This document shows positions 1 through 12,185 of a stretch of DNA of 64,000 nt, one piece after another (the stretch's first letter is position 1; every line of letters begins with the position of its first letter). The notes below the pieces were generated by a model, which saw only the letters and a program-made list of their open reading frames with translations, did no database searches and was not told the origin of the DNA. The translations under genes were made by a program, and so were the position numbers. The DNA lies in assembly GCA_964016885.1 (NCBI GenBank), contig OZ024755.1, positions 22,320,001-22,384,000 on the forward strand. Reading direction: 5' to 3'. Source of the DNA: Eledone cirrhosa. Taxonomy: Eukaryota.

Positions 1-576
1 TATTGGTAGAGCGTCAAAGTGTGGTGGTTTGGCAGTATTGGTAGAGCGTCAAAGGGTGGTGGTTTGGCAGTATTGGTAGACCGTCAAAGGGTGGTGGTTT
101 GGCAGTATTGGTAGAGCGTCAAAGGGTGGTGGTTTGGCAGTATTGGTAGAGCGTCAAAGGGTGGTGGTTTGGCAGTATTGGTAGACCGTCAAAGGGCGGT
201 GGTTTGGCAGTATTGGTAGACCGTCAAAGGGCGGTGGTTTGGCAGTATTGGTAGAGCGTCAAAGTGTGGTGGTTTGGCAGTATTGGTAGAGCGTCAAAGG
301 GTGGTGGTTTGGCAGTATTGGTAGACCGTCAAAGGGTGGTGGTTTGGCAGTATTGGTAGAGCGTCAAAGGGTGGTGGTTTGGCAGTATTGGTAGAGCGTC
401 AAAGGGCGGTGGTTTGGCAGTATTGGTAGAGCGTCAAAGGGCGGTGGTTTGGCAATATTGGTAGAGCGTCAAAGGGCGGTGGTTTGGCAGTATTGGTAGA
501 GCGTCAAAGGGTGGTGGTTTGGCAGTATTGGTAGACCGTCAAAGGGTGGTGGTTTGGCAGTATTGGTAGAGCGTCA
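1..576 (+). repeat. 35-bp tandem repeat (16 full units plus a partial one; runs off the window start) derived from a SINE 5' head
   Basis: Unit TATTGGTAGAGCGTCAAAGGGTGGTGGTTTGGCAG recurs every 35 nt (1, 36 ... 561) and matches the 5' end of the SINE copies at 21479, 47681 and 52127. Confidence 0.95.
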
Positions 577-735
577 AGCACCATGCTTTCCAGCATAGTT
601 ACGCCCCTTTGCGATCTGAGTTCAAATCCCGCCGAGGTTAACTTTGCCTTTCATCCTTACGTGGTCGATAAAATAAAGTACCAGTAATGCACTGGGATAA
701 TTGCTGGCCTTGTGCCAAAAATAGAAACAATTATT
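543..735 (+). mobile_element. tRNA-derived SINE (family A here; Octopus-type)
   Basis: A-box-like TGGCAGTATTGG, B-box GAGTTCAAATCC, body GAGGTTAACTTTGCCTTTCATCC...GTCGATAAAATAAAGTACCAG and tail GGCCTTGTGCCAAAA..AGAAACAATT; many copies in the window. Confidence 0.9.
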
Positions 736-1625
736 TTCAATTAAAAAATTAAGAAATACGATTAGTATTTTTGAGCTGATTTTATGGTTATTTGAAAGAT
801 GGGTGTCAGATGTTTGGCAAGCAGAGGCTCAATTTCACTGCTTGCCATAGGCACTGTTTTCCCTAGATACACCTCTGGTTACAAGAATACTATACAAGAA
901 TGTTAGATGCCAACTGTAGGTTTGTGCAATTAGAATGTTTTGCTTACTACTTAATGTAATAATATCAGGATAATACATTTTAAAATATTGATCTCTTTTC
1001 ACTGAGTAGAAGGTTGAATTTTTCATGGAAAAGTAGTGCAGCTGATTGAATTGACTGCTGCAGTATGTTGTTACTTGCAATAATTTTATTGACTCTGGAG
1101 AGATGAAAGCTAAATCGACTCCAATGAGATTTAAAATCAGAATTATAAATCAAACCTATAATCACTGTTAATGTTTACTGTCAACAACTAGATTGATGGA
1201 ATAGTACACTAAAGGAAAAGATATCAGGTTTTACCCTCTTACCATAGCTCGATATTATACAGAAAATGTAGATGTTACTCATGAAAAACTGCCATAACAT
1301 TCATCAATATTCTTCTGATTTTCCTCTTTCAGAACATTGACTATTTAAACATTTTTTAATGTTTGTCTTGTTTATAGAAACCTATATCTTCTAACTCTAT
1401 TCAGTAAGTTTAATGATAAAAAGTAAGCTTCTCTTCTACACAAGATCTAACTGCAGACGATAGCACATTTCACCTTAGAATAACCTGGATTTTTTTTACA
1501 AATAAAACATTGAATAGCTTTAAAATCATGATACACACATATTCACATACTTACACTTAAACACATATGCATTCATACATATAAACATACATACAGACAA
1601 GATCTTCTATGATATAAGATACAAT

Positions 1626-1843
1626 TTAACACTTTACCATTTACATTACTCTATATATACTATTATATTTTTCTGGCAAAGGCTTTACCTCACATAATTA
1701 TCTCATATAATATCAAATCTTGAGATTCTATATTATTTATTTTGAGAAGAGTACCTTAACATCAGTATGAGCGACTGGTTACAGCCAGTTTGAACAGAAA
1801 GGGGTGAGAGAATTCTTGCCAGATACAGCCGGTTTAAATGCTA
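1626..1843 (-). mobile_element. piggyBac-like TTAA MITE, one end eroded into (TA)n
   Basis: Reverse-complement homolog of 6341-6548; TTAA at 1626-1629. Confidence 0.75.
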
Positions 1844-1857
1844 TATATATCTATATG

Positions 1858-1888
<31 letters not shown>

Positions 1889-2029
1889 CTATATGTATAT
1901 ATATAGCGTCTAACCCATGCTAGTGTGGAAGAACGGACGTAAAACGGTGATGATGATATATATATACACACATATATATATATATACACATATATATTTA
2001 TACACATATATATATATATATAAACACAT

Positions 2030-2122
<93 letters not shown>

Positions 2123-2125
2123 TAT
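1844..2125. repeat. (TA)n/(CA)n microsatellite with a short RTE-tail remnant (about 1910-1958)
   Basis: Dinucleotide runs flanking TAACCCATGCTAGTGTGGAAGAACGGACGTAAAACGGTGATGATGA. Confidence 0.85.
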
Positions 2126-2186
2126 TTATTAAAATAACAGATTAAAGTTTAAGCAAAGAATCGCTGCTTTCACCATATATATATAT

Positions 2187-2427
2187 AAATATTAATAAAA
2201 TAGATGTTCCTGTGATCAATTAAATTTTATTATACATATTTCAGAGGTACAACGTACAGTTGTACCTCTGAAATATGTATAATAAAATTTAATTGATCAC
2301 AGGAACATCTATTTTATTAATATTTGTATTTTAATATTAATAACTCTGGAAAATATTTTCTTGTAGAGTGCTTCCAATCTACTGTAAAACTCATTCTTTG
2401 ATCTACTCATTGAATCTTGTTTAACTC

Positions 2428-2432
<5 letters not shown>
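2187..2432 (+). mobile_element. Penelope-like pLTR fragment with perfect 5' inversion (67-bp arms) carrying the 3' half of a hammerhead
   Basis: 2187-2253 is the exact reverse complement of 2259-2325. The right arm reads ACGTAC-agtt-GTACCTCT-GAAA-TATGTA-TA-ATAAAA, homologous to the complete hammerhead at 13403-13457(-). Both ends lie in (TA)n. Confidence 0.7.
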
Positions 2433-2484
<52 letters not shown>

Positions 2485-3373
2485 TTCTTTGATGTACTCA
2501 TTGAATCTTGTTTAACTCTTTAATATATATATATATATGTATACACACATACACACACATGTATATATATACACACACACATACAGTTCCACATATTTAG
2601 GCTTCAATTTTCCATTACAATTATGTGTTTAATATATTATGACAAGTGTATGACACAGTGATAATTCTCCACTGATAAGTTTCTGTCCTTTGTTCAGTGT
2701 TACACCCAGCTGAGATCTAAGTAATTCATCTTTCTTGATTCTGGGAGAAATAAAAGTACAAAGAAAAAAAGGATGAACTCTATTAAAAACTCGAGGTTTT
2801 CTTGGCACCCTTTAATAGCATTTCTTTGAGAAGAAAGTTATTTTAATGTCGTATGAGTGGAATTATTTTCGAGTTTTACATATTAGTACGGCCATTTGTC
2901 TATATGTAAGCATATTCCCTTCTCTATGGGCGCACACACACAAATATATATATATATATAAATATATATATACACATATATGTGTGTGAGGGGTATCTTG
3001 TCCCTTCCCCCTATCCCCTATCCTTGCTATCTAAAAACAATTCTGCCCAGAAACACAAGTACATTGGCCCTTTCTCTACTCACTATTCCTAAGGGTCTAT
3101 TCCTTTACACCCCCCCCCCCCCTCCCGCCGCTCCCCCCCAACCCTCCTTCCTGTTATGTGCATGTCAGCTCCCCGCTCGACATCCTCTGTGGCCTGACAC
3201 CTTCTGGAGTGCCTGCTCTCTCTCTATAAACCACATATAACTTCCACTGCTCCTCCTACAGTGTCACTCCTGCCCTGATCACCTCTCACCACTGTCCCAC
3301 TGAGGGGGACAACGATCACACCCAAGTGTTAATGACACACTGTAATGCACCCAGTCGGGGCTGGTGCCATAAG

Positions 3374-3553
3374 TGTTTCTACTTTTGGCACAAGGCCAGC
3401 AATTACCCCGGTGCATTACTGGTACTTTATTTTATCAACCCCCTCTAAGGATGAAAGGCAAAGTTAACCTCGGTGGGATTTGAACTCTGAATGGCAAGGG
3501 CCGTAACTCTATGCATCAAAGCATGGCGTCCGACCCTCTACCGATACTGCCAA
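3374..3553 (-). mobile_element. SINE family A
   Basis: Reverse complement of the 543-735 body, including GGATTTGAACTC (B-box). Confidence 0.9.
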
Positions 3554-3559
3554 AAATGT

Positions 3560-3860
3560 AACCAGCTCATTGTGTAAAATGGTAATACTGGTGCCATGAT
3601 AACATGCACCCAGTCCCCTCTGTAAAGTAGTAGTGCTGGTGCCACAATAGAACACCCAGTACACACTATAATGTGGTTAGTGTTAGGAAGAGCATCCAGC
3701 TTATTGAAGCCAAACCAAACTGAACAAAACAGATATTGATTATATATATTGAGATGACGAAGGAATGTGACAAGTGGAGAGATGTTGTGTTGAAAAGGAC
3801 CCATCTAATCCATGCAAGTGGGGAAAAATGGGCGTCAAAATGATGCTGATGATGATGATT
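3560..3860 (+). mobile_element. RTE-tailed short element plus RTE 3' end
   Basis: GTGGTTAGTGTTAGGAAGAGCATCCAGC motif and ...CCATGCAAGTGGGG...TGATGATGAT tail shared with the RTE copies. Confidence 0.65.
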
Positions 3861-3987
3861 AACCAGAATTTATGAGACATGATCCCTAACTAATCTGTGA
3901 AAACAGTAGCTTCAATTAAATACTGGCTTGGTTTGTCATGACCTGTCCATCCCATGCCAGCATGGGAAAATGGATGTGAAATGATGA

Positions 3988-4034
<47 letters not shown>

Positions 4035-4169
4035 ATGTATATATATATATATATTCAATTGAAGAAAGTTGATCGATTAAAAATCTGCCGACATTTTCTT
4101 CACAGACGTGAAGCACTCAACGGTTTTTATTCATCCAGAGTTTTATTATAACAAGAAGGATGTTGGTTT

Positions 4170-4204
<35 letters not shown>

Positions 4205-4760
4205 CATCATCATCATTGTCATTTTAACGGCTGCTTTCCCCACACATACACATATATATATAAAGCCCCGTGACATGACTAAGTGACCCAGTTCTACATA
4301 TCCACAAGAATCTATGTGTATTATCATCTCATCATCCACATTTCCACATTTCTGTCCATTTTTCATTGCCGTAAAGAGGACATAGGAATAACTTTACATA
4401 AAAAAAAATTAAAGCTGAACATAGTACTATCTTCAATATCACATTTGAAATATGAACTGTTCCCTATATATATATATATATATATAAATAGATGGATAGA
4501 TAGATAATAAGGATAATACTTCATCTCAAAAATTCAGAAATACACTTACATCCTCCACACACACACACACACACACACAAATATTCACACCCACGCAAAT
4601 ATTCACACCCACCCTTACACACATATACTCCTGCCTACATTCCCCCACTCATGTATGTATATATTAAACATACACAGTCAAATTAGTTGGAACTGAAGTT
4701 GGTGCCAAGAATAATTACAAAGAGTAATCAGGACAAATTTACTGTTGAGTATTGTTTCAT

Positions 4761-5074
4761 GGTACTCCGACAGTTACAACGTTGAGTGTTCCAGTTGATA
4801 CAATCAATAGAACAGCCTGATCGTGAAATTAACCTGCAAGTAGCTAAGCATCCCACAGTAATCTGTACCCTTAATGTAGTTCTCAGGGAGATTCAGCATG
4901 ACACAGTGTGATAAGTCTGGCCCTATAAATTACAAGTACAACTCATTTTTGCCAGCCAAATACACTGGAGCGGCATGAAATAAAGTGTCATGCTCAAGGA
5001 CACAATGTGACGCCAGGAATTGAAATCACAACCTTACAATCGTGAGCCAAATACCCTAACCACTGAACCACATG
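4761..5074 (-). mobile_element. tRNA-derived SINE (family B)
   Basis: Minus strand has a tRNA-like head (GTGGTTAGGGTATTTGGC...GATTTCAATTCC), a TGTGTCCTTGAGCATGACACTTTATTTC domain shared with 39489-39822, and a central domain also seen at 51250-51400. Confidence 0.75.
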
Positions 5075-5939
5075 TATTGTATATCTAACAGAAACCCATG
5101 TATTGGGAGTGTTACATAATATTTCAATGGAATTCTAGAAGGTATTCTGTTTTACACTGTTGTTTATGATTAACAATTTGATGTATGACATTCGTGTTCA
5201 ATGTTGTAGCCTGTGTTGTAGCAATACCAGCTCTTATGGATAAGGTATGAAACTACCATTTCATGTAGTATGAACTCAAACTGACTGTAGGCATTTTACT
5301 GTTTCAGAGTAGATTATTGAATTCTTATCAAATGTGTACTTGTTGAGGGCTTAGAAAAAATGGTTTGGAACTCAATAAACTGCTGAGTGAAAACCAAAAG
5401 ATACAATCCTATGTGAATAATTAATTTAGACCAAACCATCTTGTTAAGTTGTCTTCAGCAATAATTCTTAAAAAGCTGAGTCATCACATGCTAAACCTAA
5501 ACCATCAAAGTAGCTTGTATGTGTTTACTTGACCCGTTAAAAATAGCAGCCAAATCGCTCTAACCATCTTATAAAAAGGAAAGGACTCTAGGAAATGTAG
5601 TTCTATATACTCTGAAAAGAAAAAAGACGAGATGTTCACAGCTAGACTGTCTTTGATAATAGATCTGCTCAGTCAGGGTTTACATAAAGTTAGATGACAA
5701 CATACCAAACCATTCTTAATGTTGAATAACAGTTTTTTTCTACTTCTATTGCATCATTTGTTATACTACCTTCATGAAAAATACAATCAAATTGACTTAC
5801 CTTTGTATTTCTTTTGTTTTGTTTTGATTCTTTTTCACTGCCATGCCAAGGAGATAGATTGGAAATAGGAGGAGGAGTCTATCAAATAGATAAATAGAGA
5901 ATGAGTGAGTGACAAGTGAAATGTTTATCATACTGACCG

Positions 5940-6290
5940 TCTTCTTCTTCTCCTTCTCCTCCTCCAAGGGTTTTGAGGGCAGAGTCCTCAAACACTCCTT
6001 CCAGCGGGTCCTGTCAGAAGTAACCGTTTCCAACTGGTCCGGCTTGATCCCCAAGCGAGGCCAGCCAAGCTCATGGATGTTATCCAACCATATTGCTCGG
6101 GGGTCTACCCATGGGCCTCCTGCCTTGTTGGTTTTGACCATAAAAATCTGTCCAGCGATTCCATCCTAAGATATTCTAACCACATGTGCATAGTATCGGA
6201 ATTGTGATCTCTCAATTCGGAGAAGTAGTGGCTCTACCTGGAGTGACTCTCTCACCTCCAAGCTATGCACCCTATTGAGTAACTGACAGA
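5940..6290 (-). mobile_element. 5'-truncated non-LTR retrotransposon 3' end (RTE-like, second family)
   Basis: Translation WLDNIHELGWPRLG...SDRTRWKECL is typical of a LINE ORF2 C-terminus; (GAA)n-like tail; homologous to 10606-10960 and 20064-20135. Confidence 0.8.
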
Positions 6291-6340
6291 AAAAAAAAAA
6301 ATTAGAGAATAAAAATGAGGTTAACTTCATTATGCTTTAA

Positions 6341-6548
6341 CCCTTTATCATTTAAACTGGCTGTATCGAGCCAGAATTCTCTCACCTCTTTCTGTTCAAA
6401 CCAGCCATACCTAACCACCCATGCTGATGTTAAGGTTTTGTTCTCAAAATAAATAATATCAAAATCTCATAGATTCAATATTATATGAGGTAAAGCCTTT
6501 GCCATGAAAATACAATAGTATATATAGAGTAATGCAAATGCTAAAGGG
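6341..6548 (+). mobile_element. piggyBac-like MITE with TTAA target-site duplication
   Basis: TTAA|CCCTTTATCATTT ... AAATGCTAAAGGG|TTAA; five related copies in the window. Confidence 0.85.
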
Positions 6549-6786
6549 TTAAGCTACATGTAGTGAGAGGTTAACTTCATGTAGCTTTAAGCTACATGGT
6601 TTTACACTGAATGTTGTGATGAAACAACTCTCTGGAATAATTATAATTACATGTACATCTATGAATATTTTGTAAATAAAATTGTAACATTTTTTTGTAA
6701 ATATAGTATCATGAGTTTTAATTAAATTTTCATAACTATTAATAAACTTTTCGGCACTTTTGGCAAACATAGGTCCAATCGATTTT

Positions 6787-7380
6787 CTGTCATCAACCTT
6801 AACTATGGAAGGATATTGAAAACATAATCGATAATGTAAATAGTTTCATTACAGAATACTTCTCATTTTTAAATGCTTTCATTATTGAATATCAATATTG
6901 AATTAAAAATAATCAATGAAAAGTCATGAAGCAGAGTATCAGTCAGAAATGTGCGTTTAAACATTGGCAAATGCATTACCACAGGTTTCACCAACTAATT
7001 ACCACTCAATCTCAAAACTAATCTACTTCGAGAAAATTACCACACGGCATGTGGTGTGTCACATTATTTCAAAGATATATGTTGCTGTCAGCATATAACT
7101 TTGTATTGAAAATAGGCCAACAATTTTGAGGGAGTGGAAAGTCGATTAAATCAACCGCAGTGTGTTACAGGTATATTTTATTGACTCCCGAAAGGTTGAA
7201 AGACAAAGCTAACCTCAGCAAGATTTGAACTCAGAACATAAAGGAATGTAACTCTATGTTGCAAAGCATGTTGACCAGCACTCTACCTATTACTGCTGAT
7301 CCATGGCCTTATTTGTATTGAAAGAATGGAACTATTCAATTATGTCTTCAATATCCTTCCATAGTTAAGGTTGATGACAG
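6787..7380. mobile_element. Putative non-autonomous TIR element (about 594 bp) with a nested SINE
   Basis: CTGTCATCAACCTTAACTATGGAAGGATATTGAA (6787-6820) is the exact reverse complement of 7347-7380; the match extends imperfectly to about 47 bp. Confidence 0.55.
7112..7310 (-). mobile_element. SINE family A with 12-bp TSD
   Basis: TTTGTATTGAAA at 7100-7111 and 7312-7323 flanks a diverged SINE A. Confidence 0.85.
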
Positions 7381-8844
7381 TACATCAAGGAACTCATTTT
7401 TTCTTAGAGTACTAGCTGTTTAGTAGACCAGAAAAACTTGTCATTTTTTTATGGCAAAAATGTGTTTGTACTTATGTATAATTTGCAGGAGGGAGCATGC
7501 AGATTTACAAATTTGGTCTCAGTATTTTGTTTAAGATCAAAGTATAATATTTTAATACACAATACAAAGTTAAATTCTTTAGGTTTGAAATTTATCAATT
7601 GTTTTCTTCCTTATTTTTGAAAAAGTGTCATTCTCTATAATTAATAAAACCTGCCAGAAATATTTTACGACATGGCTACGCTAGTATGTTTATATTTACA
7701 TGATTTTATGTTAATTGAACTGCAGAATTTTTATATCAAAAATAGGACACCCATCTCTCTTTCAGTGTTGTTTTGTTTGCAACTTCTTGAATTTAATCAA
7801 AAGGAAGCATTAAATATATTTTTTTAAACTAAGTATCTTTAAGTCTGTATGAGCAACACAGTTTTTCATCTTGCAACGGCTATAATTAATTAATGCAGCA
7901 GGAGATTTGTTTGTATTTTACTACTGCAACTAAAAGGAATCTGCTTTCTGTAGTTTGAGCTAAAAAAAGAGGAAGAGTAATTGAGAATTTTCTCTATGCA
8001 GTAAGTATATATATATACATACATATATGATAACAATAAGACACAAGAAGCAATCGTAGGATAGCGATTACATGATAGATGCTTCATATTATCTTTTTCT
8101 CTTGATTCTCTTTCATCTTGCAAGTAGATAATATCAGTAAATGATAAACAAATGGAGACATAAATCTTTGAACATCTGAATAGGATTTACATATTATTTT
8201 GTAATTGCCTTAACAAGATAATGTTCCTATGTAATGTATCGTATCAATGTACCATATCGAGATCTCTTGTGTGCTGAGTTTGAGCCTCACTTCCTACATA
8301 ATAGTAACAGCAACAACAACAACAACAACAACACTAAGAGAATGTTGTAGTTAGCTTGAAACATTGTGTTAGTGTATAAAGCAGTTATGTTATTTGAAGG
8401 CTACAACAATGTAAAATGGATGGTAGATTTTGGAATAAATTGAAGGCAACTAAGATGTTGGTGTGTCATCTGTTATTTTATTTACTTGTCCTAATATTTT
8501 GAGTCTAAAACCCTTCATCAGAAGACTATAATAAGAAACTGGCTTGAAGAATTGTAATCATCTTGCAATTTTTTTCTTCCAACAATAATAAGGTTGATAA
8601 TGATAATAGTGATGATGATGATGATAATGATCATTTCTAACATAGATACAAGACCAGAAATTTTGGCGTTGGAGTGGGCGTGAGGGGTGGGTGTGAACAT
8701 AAACCCTAGTACTTGAATGCTACTTTATTTTATTGACCCCAGAAAGATGAAAGACAAAGTACTATCTGTGCCATTAACAACCAAATATACACCCCAACCC
8801 ACTACCCCTACTCCATCCTCCCACTTCCACCCACACCACCCTTT

Positions 8845-9145
8845 CTCTGTAAAGTTATGTTGGTACCACAGAACATCCAGTCCACAATAAAGTGGTCATG
8901 TAGGTGTCACGACAAAAAGCACCCAGTCCACGCTGTAAAGTGGTCCTGTAGAAGACACAGGGAAAAGGCTCCCAGTCCACACTCTAAATGTGGTTGGTGT
9001 TAGGAAAGGCATCCAGCCATAGAAAACCTGCCAGATAGTCCTATACGAGTGAGACATGGTCACTCGACCAATCTTGCCTCAAGTAGGACAATTCCTGTCT
9101 AACCTATGCTAGCATGGAAGATAGACATTAAACAATGATGATGTA
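8845..9145 (+). mobile_element. RTE-tailed short interspersed element
   Basis: Repeated CCCAGTCCACACTGTAAAGTGG modules, GTTAGGAAAGGCATCCAGCC, and tail TAACCTATGCTAGCATGGAAG...GATGATG. Confidence 0.7.
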
Positions 9146-9384
9146 ACAATTGTAAATTCTTTAAATTTTAACACAAGAAATCTAAATAAGTCATCACATA
9201 TTGCATATTAAATATAACAGCCTGCCGTTTGTATATAGTTTATCTGACTTCATTATGTAATGTGACCTCTGTTTTTTAAGACAGTATGTGGTATAATTCA
9301 AGTGAGATTTGGCTGCTATTTCTACCAAGTTGTACAACCACATTATATAGGCCTCTATCGGTTACTAATGGCCATGGTTTTGTA

Positions 9385-9660
9385 CCTAGAAAGTTTCTAT
9401 TCTGAGTTACAAGTCTGGGAAAGGTTGTTTGTGGAAGACCAGCAGTTACCCATGCATACTAGTTTCCCCTCTCCACGTCACTGATGTTGACCAAAGGACA
9501 GGCAATGACCGGGACAGCTTGGTTCCAGAAACGTCACAACTCATTTCTACAGCTGAGTGAACTGGAGCAACGGGAAATAAAGATCACAACACATCACCTG
9601 GTCCGAGAATCAAACTCACAACCTCTCAACTGCAAGCTATACACCCTTACTACAATGCCT
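9385..9660 (-). mobile_element. Diverged SINE (family B-related domain)
   Basis: Contains CTCATTTCTACAGCTGAGTGAACTGGAGCAA, shared with 51955-51985. Confidence 0.6.
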
Positions 9661-10495
9661 ATTCTAACAAATACCAGACTGTTTGAAATCCCTCCAGTCA
9701 CTACTATCTTTAATGAGTTTTGTTACTCTCTCTTAGGCCAGTTAAAAATACACTTTCAGAGATTTATATCATTTTTGGCCCATTTCTTTTGTAGTTCCTA
9801 CGTTCTACTGATCTGCACCGTTTCTCTATTCAGTTCTCAGAATATATACCCATTACCAAGGTTATCTCACTCAGACAATACAATCTACCCTTTTAATACC
9901 CATATTATTTATTTATTAAATTAATTTAAATGTCAGCATAGAGCCAATAAGCCATGGCAGACTAGAGAAAGTATCGAGTGCTTCTTACAGTTGAGAAACA
10001 AAAAGACAGATAGAGATAAGTGAAAATAAAAATGAAAAGATTTAAAATATGGAATGCCAACGGGAGAAAGAATAAGCATATTTATTTTTATCCTTAAATC
10101 CAGCCAATCTTTTAGTTTTGTATGACACATCCTATATATTATAACTCATCCCAGCCCTCTTTGATTTTTGATTTTTAAATATATTTTAATATCCACTTTT
10201 AATCATTTGCATCATGGAAGCTTTATTCAACTTTGGGATGATTAAAATATTCTAAAAAAATTAAGATAGAAAATGAAAATATTATAATCTGCTTTCTCAT
10301 ATCTCATAATCTGGGAGGGCCTGCAAAAGTCATAGGCATTGCCCTCTTCCCACTACCTCTGATGACTTAATTTTTTTTTTTTAAATCCCACAAATCTTGG
10401 TATCTTGGTAAGGGTTGCAGGAATATCAAGTAGATTGTGTTGTTCCTTTTTATGTCTATTCTTTGAAATATTTGCTTCTGCTTCTAAAAATGTTC

Positions 10496-10960
10496 ATCCC
10501 TGTCATTTTAATGTTTGCTTTCCCTGCTAACAAGAGTTGGACAGGTCTACATAGACCAAGTCAGTACTGAGGTATGACTGCTGATCTCCCAGACACGCCA
10601 GGGATCTTCTTCTCTTCTTCTCCCACTTATTCCTGAGAATACTCCTTCCAGCGGGTCCTGTCAGAAGCAACCGTCTCCAACTGATTCAGCTAGGCCCCCA
10701 AGTGAGACCAGCCAAGCTCATGGATGTTATCTAACCATCTTGTCCATAATATCTGTCCAGCGATTCTTTCCTGATACATTCTAACCACACGCCCATAGTA
10801 TCGGAGCTGTGATCTCTCAATTCGGAGAAGTAGCGGCTCTAGCTAAGGTGACTCTCTGATATCGAAACTATGCACTTTATCGAGTAACGTTACTCCAAAG
10901 ACCCTTCAGAGGAACCCCATTTCAGCCACTTGTATTTGCAATAGTATTGTTATATACAGT
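10496..10960 (-). mobile_element. Composite retro-insertion (RTE-tail fragment plus LINE 3' end) bounded by a 20-bp direct repeat
   Basis: TTCTGCTTCTAAAAATGTTC at 10476-10495 and 10961-10980; 10606-10960 is homologous to 5940-6290. Confidence 0.75.
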
Positions 10961-10993
10961 TTCTGCTTCTAAAAATGTTCTACTGCCAATAAC

Positions 10994-11178
10994 TGTTTCT
11001 ACTTTAGGCACAAGGCCAGCAATTACCCAGTGCATTACTGGTACTTTATTTTATCGACCCCGTAAGGATGAAAGGCAAAGTCGACCTCGGCGGGATTTGA
11101 ACTCAGATCGTAAAGGGACGTAACTATGCTGGAAAGCATGGTGTCTGACCCTCTACCAATACTGCCAATCCACCGCCC
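10994..11178 (-). mobile_element. SINE family A, young-looking copy
   Basis: Near-consensus body; TTCTACTGCCAATAAC at 10978-10993 and 11197-11212. Confidence 0.9.
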
Positions 11179-11605
11179 TCTACTGCCAATCCACCATTCT
11201 ACTGCCAATAACATTAGAATATCTTATTAACAGCTCCATATTATATATTTATTGTAAAAGATAGAAAATTATAGATGAGAAACAAAACAAAAACAATCTC
11301 TTTTGCACCCCAATATGACTACAATCCTACTGACTAGAACCAGTAAACAAGTCTAAACAATTTGAGAGAGAAAAATCCATTGTAAACACTTTTGTCAAAG
11401 AAATATCCATTATTTCTTCAGTGTTTGGCTATACAATCATGTTCAGTTAACTATGTCAATACTTGCGAAGATAACTTATTTTCTTCTTTATTTACTATAC
11501 ATTCTGCAAGAATTATACGGTTTGATTCATTCCTGAATCAAACCGTGTAATGTAGGGTTTAAAATATGGGGTAAATATTTGTAGCGGTTTCTGTTATTGT
11601 TGCTA

Positions 11606-11930
11606 AATCTTCTTCGTCGTTCTCTTCATCTTCGTTCTCTTCATCTTCGTTTTCTTCTTTCTTCATCTTCTTCGTCTTCGTTTTCATCTTCTTCTTCATC
11701 TCCTCCTCCTCCTCCTCCTCCTCCTCCTCCATCTCCTTCTTCTCCTTCATCTCCTTCTTCTTCTCCTTCATCTCCTTCTTCTTCTCCTTCATCTCCTTCT
11801 TCTTCTTCATCTCCTCCTCTTTCTTCATCTCCCCCTCCTTCTCCTTCTTCTTCATTTCCTCCTCTTTCTTCATCTCCCCCTCCTTCTCCTTCTTCTTCTT
11901 ATCCTCCTCCTCCTTCCACTCCCTCTTCTC
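11606..11930. repeat. (CTT/CTC/CAT) trinucleotide low-complexity tract
   Basis: Pyrimidine-rich triplet runs; source of the E/K-rich and S/P-rich spurious ORFs. Confidence 0.9.
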
Positions 11931-12136
11931 ATATTTGTTCATTTATAAATCCTATTTCCATAGTTGTTACTCTGATTTGGAAAGTTGCTTCATTTCAAGA
12001 CGTGTTTGAAAGAAAGTGTGTTTGACATTTCAACATTTCAAAGTTGGTACCAGGCATAACATAAAGTAAATTTGGATATGACATAATAGTAAATAGACCA
12101 TTTAAAATAATGAGAGAGAGAGAGAGAGAGAGAGAG

Positions 12137-12185
<49 letters not shown>

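Noticed and set aside
1-576. CRISPR array or telomeric repeat
   Set aside because: Head-to-tail 35-mers without unique spacers; the unit derives from the SINE head and is not TTAGGG.
11559-12025. E/K-rich and S/P-rich ORFs
   Set aside because: Trinucleotide low-complexity tract with no splice or domain support.
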